This document shows positions 50,658 to 58,210 of a stretch of DNA of 64,000 nucleotides, in pieces. Position numbers and translations under genes: made by a program. Source of the DNA: Candidatus Magasanikiibacteriota bacterium (GTDB taxonomy: Bacteria > Patescibacteriota > Patescibacteriia > Magasanikbacterales > GWA2-37-8); NCBI GenBank assembly GCA_963840935.1, contig CAWJAS010000001.1, positions 579,834 to 643,833 of the forward strand. Direction: 5' to 3'. Every line of letters begins with the position of its first letter. The stretch's first letter is position 1. A model generated the notes under the pieces. That model was not told where the DNA came from. It made no database searches and saw only the letters and a list, made by a program, of their open reading frames with translations.

Positions 50658-50699
50658 GACTCCCCCTTAATCCCCCTCTTAATAAGAGGGGGGAAACTG
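50658..50699 (-). repeat. palindromic repeat copy C (inverted relative to A/B)
   Basis: The sequence is 'gactcccccttaatccccctcttaataagaggggggaaactg'. Confidence 0.8.
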
Positions 50700-50707
50700 C
50701 AAGAAAT

Positions 50708-51226
50708 ATGAAATATATTGCCAAAAATGAAGCGGAAACCGTTAAAATAGGCGAAAAAATCTCTGCCAAGCTTAAAGGCGGAGATATTTTGTGTTTGTAC
50801 GGGGATTTGGGCGCCGGAAAGACTACTTTGGTAAAAGGGTTGGCGAAAGGGTTTGGGATAACAAAAGAGGTGGTTAGTCCGTCGTTTGCGATTATGAATG
50901 TTTATGAAATTGGTGATTGCCGAAGGGATTCTTCGACTTCGCTCAGAATGACAGGGCTTCGCTTCGCTACGCCCTGTAAACGCCAAGCTAACTTAACTAT
51001 GCCCTGTAAACGAAAAAGCACAGTAAAACAGTTGGCGCATTTTGATTTGTATCGTTTAAAAGATGTTGAAGAATTTTTGGATACGGGTGGAGCGGATTAC
51101 TTGGGCGCGCCGGACACGATTTGTGTTATTGAATGGCCGGAAAAAATTGAGGAGCTTTTGAAAAATAAAAAAACGATTGACATAGCAATCGAGCATTTAA
51201 AAAATGGGAGAGAAATTAAATTTTAG
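50708..51226 (+). CDS. tsaE: tRNA t6A biosynthesis ATPase TsaE with ~30-aa in-frame repeat-derived insertion
   Basis: The P-loop 'GDLGAGKTT', 'SPSFAIMNVYE' and 'HFDLYRL' are present. A repeat-encoded segment lies between the last two motifs. Confidence 0.75.
   Translation: MKYIAKNEAETVKIGEKISAKLKGGDILCLYGDLGAGKTTLVKGLAKGFGITKEVVSPSFAIMNVYEIGDCRRDSSTSLRMTGLRFATPCKRQANLTMPCKRKSTVKQLAHFDLYRLKDVEEFLDTGGADYLGAPDTICVIEWPEKIEELLKNKKTIDIAIEHLKNGREIKF
50921..51012. repeat. dispersed hairpin repeat copy inside tsaE ORF
   Basis: 'cttcgacttcgctcagaatgacagggcttcgcttcgctacgccctgtaaacgcca...' is near-identical to 47381-47345. Confidence 0.8.
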
Positions 51227-51848
51227 GAGATTGCTTCGTCGACCCTTTGGGGCTCCTCGCAATGACAAGACGAACGTGGGATTGCTTCGGCGTCCCTTTG
51301 GGACTTCTCGCAATGACAGATAAGGAAAATTCGCAACCGCAATAATTTTGCCTATATATCCCCCGCTCTGATGTTAATTTTTGCCCTTTTTCTTGCCTGC
51401 CTTTGCTTTTCCAATTTTCATCCAAAAATTCCAAACCGAACTCATCCGCCAAGCGCTTTCCAATTCCGCCGATTATATCGGCGTTTTTGTTTCTGCCACT
51501 GGTCAAACTTGAGGCAAATATTTTAATATTATTTTCTTTGGCGTACTCCGCGGTTCGTTTTAGGCGCGATGCAAAACATACGGCGCATCTTTTGCCGGAT
51601 TCAGGCTCACCCTCCATTCCAGCAATCGCTTTTTTCCAGCTTTCGTGTTCATAATCAAGGTCGATGAATGGCACGCTCCATTCATCGCACACGCGGATAA
51701 CTTCGGCTTTGCGCTTTTCGTATTCATTTTTTGGAAAAATATTGGGATTATAAAACAAAACCGTTAAATCATATTGATTTTTCAGTTCATCAATAATTGC
51801 GATACTGCATGGAGCACAGCAAGCATGAAGCAAAAGCTGTTTTGCCAT
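51216..51848 (-). CDS. queH: epoxyqueuosine reductase QueH (DUF208) with repeat-derived C-terminal tail
   Basis: 'LLLHACCAPCS' and '...YCGCEFS' are present, followed by a 34-aa tail '[35 protein letters not shown]'. Confidence 0.75.
   Translation of the reverse strand: MAKQLLLHACCAPCSIAIIDELKNQYDLTVLFYNPNIFPKNEYEKRKAEVIRVCDEWSVPFIDLDYEHESWKKAIAGMEGEPESGKRCAVCFASRLKRTAEYAKENNIKIFASSLTSGRNKNADIIGGIGKRLADEFGLEFLDENWKSKGRQEKGQKLTSERGIYRQNYCGCEFSLSVIARSPKGTPKQSHVRLVIARSPKGSTKQSPKI
51226..51320. repeat. two tandem copies of the 'gattgcttcg(g/t)cg(t/a)ccctttggg(a/g)ct(t/c)ctcgcaatgaca' unit
   Basis: Direct sequence comparison with 47270-47313. Confidence 0.8.
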
Positions 51849-51851
51849 AAA

Positions 51852-53873
51852 TTATTTTTCAAACTTACCGGAAACAAGGGCAATCGCCTGACCGATCCAA
51901 TTTTCCACTTCTTTAATATCCAGTTCGCCAATTCCTCCTTTTTCCAAACGGCAAATAACTTTTAATTTGCCGGACGAGTCTTCGGTCACGGCAATGTTTT
52001 TGAAATGTTTTATTTCCATTCGCGATAACTCTTCATTCAATCGTGCCTCGTCGGATGCAGGTATTCCTTTCATTTGTTCAAGAATTAATTCCGCCAAACG
52101 CATCTTTTTTTCAATCTTCTTGCACATTTCACTGCCGTTTTCGGCTCTTTTGATGGCCGTCAAATGGTCGCTCAATAATTCATCGCTCTTTGCATCTTTA
52201 CTGTGGCGCTCGGAACCGCCGACCACTGTTTTTACCACTCTGGTGCCGGTTTCATTCTGAAGCGCAAGCATAAATTCTTCAAATACTTTCTGGTCACCCT
52301 TGTCTTCAATGGCCAAAGCGATTTCATCTCCGCCCACTCTGTCAATCGGGTCGGCGTCAGGAAAATATTTTTTGAACACCTCAAGCGCTTTTGCTCTGAT
52401 AGCGCGCATATTTTCCGTGATTTTATCACCGGCGACAATTGAGGCCTCGCGTAATTTTGTTTCGTCCTCACCCACTTCCTGAATCAATTGTTCATATTCC
52501 AAAAGCAAATCAACGCCCAAATCCAAAACATCGATATTTATATAAACACAATCTTTTAATTCAGATGCTTTTTTGTGAAAAAACTCCGGCGCGTCATAAG
52601 TTCCGTCTTTTTGGTCGGTTTTTAATTCGGCGGATAATTGTTCTCTGTCCGTTTGCGACAAATCGGCTTTCAAAACATATTTGCCTTCTTCGTTTTTTTC
52701 CACAAACTTTGACATTCTGTCAATTCGCGCGCTGATTTCACCGCCGACCGCTTCTTTGGCGGTAAACGGCTTTACCAAGTCAACAAGATTGATACGACGG
52801 ACATATTGCTGAACCATTCTGAATGTGTCAGCGTCGGAATCTTCCGGCTTGAATTGTCCTTTTCTTGTCAATCGCAACAAATCTCTATTCATGATTCTTT
52901 TACCATCTTTTTCTGTGAATACTTTATATTTAATTCCCATTTCATCGGTAATGGTTTTATCCAATAATTTATCGCCCAATTCATTGATGCCGTGTTCTCC
53001 TTTTATTTCATTAACCACGTTTTCGCGGTCATAGGCGCCACCATATGAATCTTTTGATAAACGACGCGACAACTGCGCTGTTTGAGCGCATTCGGCCAAA
53101 GCTTGAATAATATTTGATTTATCTGTTTCGTTTTGCGACTGGTCAACAACGCTTGTGCCAAAATTTATGCGATAACCCTCACCATCAGAGCCAAGCAAAT
53201 CACGCATTCTTGCGTATTTGCCCACATCCGCATCCCCGTCTTCGGCCAAGCGCGAATCAATCGCGGAATTAATCACTTCTTTCATTCGATTGTTGAGCGC
53301 GGATGAAATCGCGTTCATATCTTCTTCCGGCAGGGCTTCACCTGTTTTTGACAACTTGAACGACGCGCTTCGATAATCTTGCGATAACAACTCGTGCCCA
53401 GACTCGGCCATTAATTCATTCAAAATCTTTTTTCTGCTGTCGATTATGGAATCGGTTACTTGTTCGCCAAAAAGAGTATTCAAATTTTTAACCGAAAATT
53501 CACCACCCGGAGACGAAAAATATGCCATGGAATCCCCGGCTTTTAATTCTTTAAACATCGCGAACCAGCCCCGTTCTTTTATCATTCCGCCCAGTCGTTC
53601 GCGGTCGCTTTCTGAAAGTTCAGCGCCATTTTCAAGCGCTTCAACCAAGCTAGCCCTATCCAAATAATTTTTGACGCGCTCAATTGCCGACCGGTCTATC
53701 TTTGATTCGGATTCCGCTCCCAATTCGGCGGAAATACCATGAAGTATCGCATCGGCATCTCTTGGAAGAATTTCTCCAATATATTTGGGCAATTTTTCGC
53801 TCGACTCCGGGGCTTTTTTTGGTTCTGCTGACATATTATGTTCATTTATATTTTTTGCTCTTTCTGCTTCCAT
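51852..53873 (-). CDS. large acidic hypothetical protein with C-terminal GGDEF-like palm motif ('RVGGDEIALAI')
   Basis: Near the C-terminus the order IDVLDLGVD ... AGDKI ... RVGGDEI matches D-x-D / GD / GGDEF. Confidence 0.45.
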   Translation of the reverse strand: MEAERAKNINEHNMSAEPKKAPESSEKLPKYIGEILPRDADAILHGISAELGAESESKIDRSAIERVKNYLDRASLVEALENGAELSESDRERLGGMIKERGWFAMFKELKAGDSMAYFSSPGGEFSVKNLNTLFGEQVTDSIIDSRKKILNELMAESGHELLSQDYRSASFKLSKTGEALPEEDMNAISSALNNRMKEVINSAIDSRLAEDGDADVGKYARMRDLLGSDGEGYRINFGTSVVDQSQNETDKSNIIQALAECAQTAQLSRRLSKDSYGGAYDRENVVNEIKGEHGINELGDKLLDKTITDEMGIKYKVFTEKDGKRIMNRDLLRLTRKGQFKPEDSDADTFRMVQQYVRRINLVDLVKPFTAKEAVGGEISARIDRMSKFVEKNEEGKYVLKADLSQTDREQLSAELKTDQKDGTYDAPEFFHKKASELKDCVYINIDVLDLGVDLLLEYEQLIQEVGEDETKLREASIVAGDKITENMRAIRAKALEVFKKYFPDADPIDRVGGDEIALAIEDKGDQKVFEEFMLALQNETGTRVVKTVVGGSERHSKDAKSDELLSDHLTAIKRAENGSEMCKKIEKKMRLAELILEQMKGIPASDEARLNEELSRMEIKHFKNIAVTEDSSGKLKVICRLEKGGIGELDIKEVENWIGQAIALVSGKFEK

Positions 53874-53964
53874 ATTCTGCGATGATTTAATTTTTATGTA
53901 ATAATTTTATAATCTTTAACCGCTTCTGTCAAAAAATCCCGACTTAAAATCGGGATTTTTGTTT

Positions 53965-55902
53965 TTATAATTGTACTCGGAATAACCGCCAGTCGGACCA
54001 AGAAGTGTATGTGCCGTCCGTAAACTTTGCGCGGACGCGCACTCTGTATTCATTTGAATATTTGAGGTCCAAACCGACGCTGGTTAAAACTGAAGTGTAC
54101 AATCCTTCTTCAAGCCAGCCGGTGCCCGATTTGTAATTAACATTAATTTCGTATGACACGGCGCCGGTAATGGTATACCAAGTCGGAAAAACATATCGTG
54201 AATATAATGTTTGATTTTCTGTTGGCGTGGAAATGACAGGCGAGGTGTAGCTGTATGATGAGCCGATGTTATAATTGAAATATCTATAATCAGACCAATT
54301 GGTGTAATTGCCGTCACTAAAATTCGCTCTTACTTGAACGCGATATTCATTTGTATAATATAAATATTTAGTCAAATAAAGCGAAGTTACATTTGTGTTT
54401 GATTCAATAAGCCAGTTGCTTCCTGATTTGTATTCAACACGGACATTGTATGAAGTCGCGCTAGGAACTGAATTCCAACGAACAGTCACGGATTGGCTGG
54501 ATGAAAAATATTGGTTCGCATATGGATCGGTGATTGTCGGCGGAGATTGCGGGTTATAATAACTGTCGCTTTGACCAATATTAAAATATCTCCAATCGGA
54601 ATAATTGGTAGTAACGCCATCAACAAAGACACCACGAACACTTACGCGATATTCATTTGTGTATGGAAAGTATTTGGTTAAATAAAGAGAAGTGACATTT
54701 GTGTTTGACTCACTATACCAATTTCCATTTGATTCATATTCGATTCGAACATCATAAGCCGTCGCATTTGTGACCGAATTCCATCTCACGGTTACATTTG
54801 AGCCGGTAGAATAATATTGGTTGGCGTATGGTTCGGTGATGGTCGGGGCAGTGTAGGAATAATTGTTATTACTTTGTCCGACATTGAAATATCTCCAATC
54901 GGAATAATTGGTAGTAACGCCATCAACAAATACACCGCGAACGCTCACTCGATATTCATTTGTGTAGGAAAAATATTTGGTTAAATAAAGAGAAGTGACA
55001 TTTGTGTTAGACTCACTATACCAATTTCCATTTGATTCATATTCAATTCGGACATCATAAGCCGTCGCATTTGTGACCGAATTCCATCTCACGGTTACAT
55101 TTGAGCCGGTAGAATAATATTGGTTGGCGTATGGTTCGGTGATGGTCGGAGCAGTGTAGGAATAATTGTTATTATTGTTGTTGTTTGTGGAATAAGTATT
55201 ATAAAAATATCTCCAAGAAGACCATTCACTTTTGTTACCCAAATTGTCTCCGGCATAAACACGATAGCGGAATTGTCCATCACCCCAATTTGATATGTTG
55301 TAATTAACAGCACTCACGCCGGAAGAAATAATTTGAGAATCCTTGCTTTCCCATTGGCTCAAAGAAGTATTCCATTTATGAACTTCGTAGCCGTATTTGG
55401 TGGCGGAATTCACATCAGACCAATCAAAATATATTGAGGATTGATTATATTGTTCCCCATTGTTTGGAAGATTAATACTTGGTGTGCTTAATTTTGTTTG
55501 ATTTTTGGTATTGAAAGTAAAATATCTATATTCAGACCATTGGCCGACTTGGTTGTTCCACATATTGCCGACCGCGCGCACACGCCAGCGAAATTGATTG
55601 TCGGCTCCGGGAACTGTAACGCTAAAAGTATTGCCGACGACATTATATGTTCTGGCATTTTGCCATTTAATTGTTTTGCTAACGCAAGTGTCGCAAGCGA
55701 TTTCCACTTGATAATTATTGGCTCCATAAATGGAAGTCCAACTGAAATTAGCCATCCTCGGATAATTGGTCAAAACCTGATTATTTGTGGGATAGCTGAG
55801 CGACGGCGCGTTGTAGGCGGCCTTTGCCGGATATGATATGCCAAAAGCCGTAAAAATAACGGCAAAAACTAAAACCCAGTTAAAAATGCGATTCATTTTC
55901 AT
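53965..55902 (-). CDS. secreted/cell-surface protein with four ~100-aa tandem beta-rich (FN3/Ig-like) repeats
   Basis: A signal peptide 'MKMNRIFNWVLVFAVIFTAFGISYPAKA' is present. Repeats 2 and 3 are nearly identical at the DNA level. Confidence 0.6.
   Translation of the reverse strand: MKMNRIFNWVLVFAVIFTAFGISYPAKAAYNAPSLSYPTNNQVLTNYPRMANFSWTSIYGANNYQVEIACDTCVSKTIKWQNARTYNVVGNTFSVTVPGADNQFRWRVRAVGNMWNNQVGQWSEYRYFTFNTKNQTKLSTPSINLPNNGEQYNQSSIYFDWSDVNSATKYGYEVHKWNTSLSQWESKDSQIISSGVSAVNYNISNWGDGQFRYRVYAGDNLGNKSEWSSWRYFYNTYSTNNNNNNNYSYTAPTITEPYANQYYSTGSNVTVRWNSVTNATAYDVRIEYESNGNWYSESNTNVTSLYLTKYFSYTNEYRVSVRGVFVDGVTTNYSDWRYFNVGQSNNNYSYTAPTITEPYANQYYSTGSNVTVRWNSVTNATAYDVRIEYESNGNWYSESNTNVTSLYLTKYFPYTNEYRVSVRGVFVDGVTTNYSDWRYFNIGQSDSYYNPQSPPTITDPYANQYFSSSQSVTVRWNSVPSATSYNVRVEYKSGSNWLIESNTNVTSLYLTKYLYYTNEYRVQVRANFSDGNYTNWSDYRYFNYNIGSSYSYTSPVISTPTENQTLYSRYVFPTWYTITGAVSYEINVNYKSGTGWLEEGLYTSVLTSVGLDLKYSNEYRVRVRAKFTDGTYTSWSDWRLFRVQL
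54584..55190. repeat. 2 x 303-bp near-perfect tandem repeat inside surface-protein gene
   Basis: 'aaatatctccaatcggaataattggtagtaacgccatcaacaaa...' recurs at 54584 and 54887. Confidence 0.8.
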
Positions 55903-56130
55903 ATAAATTATGCGTTATATTAGATAAATTATTAGCTTAATTATAACACTAAATAATAGCATATTTTGAGAGTTTTGTCAATTCCGTTAAATATGGCGAT
56001 TATTTAATGGGGTTAATTATTTTCGACCGTGTAAGTAATTTTTTGGCATTGACAGATAATTAATTTTATGCCAACATATCTAGTTGAAGTAGCCGTACAT
56101 TCCACAACAAACCCAAAGGAGGGGAAAATA

Positions 56131-56361
56131 ATGGGTAATTTGAACAAGACGATAATTTGTGAGGCGGAAGGGTCCAAAAACATTCTTATGAGTGGTCAAA
56201 GAATTTTTCGAGTGATTATCAACAAATCTCGCATCGGAGAAAAACGTAGCGGTCATTTTACAACGGTTAGAGAAGTCTCTGATTGGGTTTTGAAATGTGA
56301 CTGGCTCGAAACTTCCGAGCGGGCTGATATCGTTGAGCGCGCGCGCAAACACTTCGGTTGA
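56131..56361 (+). CDS. small hypothetical protein (76 aa)
   Basis: The RBS 'aaggagggg' lies 5 nt upstream of the ATG, and a terminator follows. Confidence 0.35.
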   Translation: MGNLNKTIICEAEGSKNILMSGQRIFRVIINKSRIGEKRSGHFTTVREVSDWVLKCDWLETSERADIVERARKHFG

Positions 56362-56409
56362 TGAAAAACGTTTCTTTTTGCACTTTTCTGTTCTATTCTG
56401 CTAATTCTT

Positions 56410-56436
56410 GCCGGTTTCACACCGGCTTTTTTCTTT
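56410..56436 (+). terminator. rho-independent terminator
   Basis: 'gccggt-ttcaca-ccggc' is followed by 'ttttttctt'. Confidence 0.55.
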
Positions 56437-56443
56437 GCAAATA

Positions 56444-56472
56444 TTGACTTTTTGGCTAAAATGTGATATAAT
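56444..56472 (+). promoter_or_regulatory. consensus sigma70 promoter with extended -10 (TTGACT-17-TGaTATAAT) driving tRNA-Glu
   Basis: The -35 box is at 56444-56449 and the -10 box at 56467-56472, with a TG at 56463-56464. Confidence 0.6.
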
Positions 56473-56496
56473 ATATGCATTATTTTTCAAAAACAT

Positions 56497-56568
56497 GGCC
56501 CGTTCGTCTATCAGTTAGGACACGGCCCTCTCAAGGCTGAAAGACGGGTGCGATTCCCGTACGGGCTA
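56497..56568 (+). tRNA. tRNA-Glu (anticodon CUC), no encoded CCA
   Basis: It was folded manually. The 7-bp acceptor stem has G1-U72. The D-stem is gtct/ggac. The anticodon stem is cggcc/ggctg and the loop 'cuCUCaa' has U33 and A37. The T-arm is acggg-TGCGATT-cccgt, and the discriminator is A. Confidence 0.55.
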
Positions 56569-56579
56569 CAAATAATAAT

Positions 56580-56606
56580 ATCGGCTTTATGCCGATTTTA
56601 TTATTT
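56580..56606 (+). terminator. terminator after tRNA-Glu
   Basis: 'atcggc-tttat-gccgat' is followed by 'tttattatttg'. Confidence 0.55.
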
Positions 56607-56619
56607 GTATTCTGACCAG

Positions 56620-56782
56620 GGAGTCGCACGGGCAGGAAGTGAGACGTGAAGTTTTTGCGGAAGCAAAAACGAAACGCTTGAACGTCGTCAGACTGCCAGT
56701 GGCAGTCTGACGCTGCCCAGGACAAAGGAGTCGAGCCGATTGTGGTCGGCTCGGCGACGCGGAATTCCCGTACGGGCTACAA
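56620..56782 (+). other. GC-rich structured segment ending with duplicate of tRNA-Glu T-arm/acceptor 3' end; candidate ncRNA or att-site remnant
   Basis: There are perfect hairpins 'cagactgccagtggcagtctg' and 'gagccgattgtggtcggctc'. The 3' 21-mer 'attcccgtacgggctacaaat' is identical to the tRNA 3' end. Confidence 0.3.
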
Positions 56783-56820
56783 ATCCCGCCACTCACGAGT
56801 GGCGGGATTGTTATTTATAT
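56783..56820 (+). terminator. rho-independent terminator
   Basis: 'atcccgccactc-ac-gagtggcgggat' is followed by 'tgttatttatat'. Confidence 0.6.
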
Positions 56821-56860
56821 ATTTAAGTGATAAAATCTATAATGATTAATCATATTTAAT

Positions 56861-58135
56861 ATGCTTAAAAAAATATTATTTTTTATATTTGTAATTTCTT
56901 TGCTGGTAATACCGGGGCGAAGTGTTTTTGCGCAAGAAAAAAATGATGATGTAAATATTTATTTCTTTTGGGGCGACGGATGCCCGCATTGCGCCAATGA
57001 AAAAATTTATTTGGAATATCTCACAAATAAATATCCTTTTGTCACTCTTTATGATTACGAAGTATATAACAACGGTGAAAATAAAGAATTATTGAAAGAA
57101 ATCGGTTCGGCCATGGATGTTAATATCGCCGGAGTGCCTTTCACTGTTATCGGAGAAAAATATTTCATCGGTTGGAGTGATAATACTGACCTGAAACTAA
57201 GCATGGAGGAAACAATTAAATGTGTGCAAGAAGACAGGTGCGCCGATGTGATAGACAAAATTGCGGGTGTTGCCGACCCTGTAAAAAATGATTTGATTTT
57301 AAGTTATGAGGATTATACTGAATCACAAAACGAGGAACAGTCTGAACAATTAGCTGAGTATGAATTGGAACCGGTATCACTAATTCCCGAAAAAATTAAA
57401 GTGCCGATTATTGGCGAAATCAACATAAAAAATTTGTCATTGCCCATAATCACCATAATATTTGGCGCGCTTGATGGCTTTAATCCCTGCGCCATGTGGG
57501 TACTTTTGTTTTTGATTTCTATGCTTATGGGTATGGAAAACAAAAAACGAATGTGGATTTTGGGAAGCGTGTTTTTGGTGGCCTCGGCTTCTGTCTATTA
57601 TATTTTTATGGCTGCCTGGCTTAATTTGCTTTTGTTTATCGGTTTTATTTTTTGGATAAGAGCGGGCATTGGTATTGTCGCCCTTTTGGGCGGTGGATTT
57701 AATTTGAAAGAATATTTCAAGAATCCCGAAGGCGCCTGCAAAGTGACCGGCACAGAAAAAAGGCAAAAAGTTTTTCAAAGATTAAAAGAAATAACTCAGC
57801 AAAAAAGTTTTTGGTTGGCGCTTGGCGGAATAATAATTCTTGCTTTTGCCGTTAATTTGGTTGAGTTAATTTGCTCGGCAGGATTACCGGCGGTGTACAC
57901 TCAAATTCTCGCCATGAGCAATTTGAGCACATGGCAATATTACGCCTATATCGGTTTATATATTTTGGTATTTTTGCTTGATGACTTAATCGTGTTTTTT
58001 GTGGCCATGACCACGCTTCATATTACCGGCGCGACCACCAAATATTCCCGCTTCTCGCATTTAATCGGCGGAATTCTTATGATTATTATCGGTTTATTAT
58101 TGATTTTTAAACCGGGCTGGTTGATGTTTGGTTAA
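56861..58135 (+). CDS. thioredoxin-like domain fused to CcdA/DsbD-family transmembrane thiol-disulfide transporter
   Basis: A signal peptide is followed by 'WGDGCPHC'. The C-terminal TM domain has 'FNPCAMWVLL' and 'ELICSAGLPAV' Cys pairs. Confidence 0.6.
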   Translation: MLKKILFFIFVISLLVIPGRSVFAQEKNDDVNIYFFWGDGCPHCANEKIYLEYLTNKYPFVTLYDYEVYNNGENKELLKEIGSAMDVNIAGVPFTVIGEKYFIGWSDNTDLKLSMEETIKCVQEDRCADVIDKIAGVADPVKNDLILSYEDYTESQNEEQSEQLAEYELEPVSLIPEKIKVPIIGEINIKNLSLPIITIIFGALDGFNPCAMWVLLFLISMLMGMENKKRMWILGSVFLVASASVYYIFMAAWLNLLLFIGFIFWIRAGIGIVALLGGGFNLKEYFKNPEGACKVTGTEKRQKVFQRLKEITQQKSFWLALGGIIILAFAVNLVELICSAGLPAVYTQILAMSNLSTWQYYAYIGLYILVFLLDDLIVFFVAMTTLHITGATTKYSRFSHLIGGILMIIIGLLLIFKPGWLMFG

Positions 58136-58210
58136 AATTTCTTCACTTGTGTTTAGATAAACAATATGGTATAAAATGGGTAGTTTTAATTATTAATTTC
58201 AAATAATAAT

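Noticed and set aside
50633-50986. Antisense ORF '[19 protein letters not shown]...' and the 5' extension of the tsaE ORF from 50636
   Set aside because: Both are repeat-derived translations. tsaE's true start, with a repeat-borne SD-like 'agagggggg', is 50708.
56620-56782. Standalone tmRNA (ssrA)
   Set aside because: The 3' tRNA-like end is present, but no complementary 5' acceptor strand and no plausible tag-peptide reading frame ending in a hydrophobic tail could be found by eye. It is kept only as a generic structured-RNA or att-remnant candidate.
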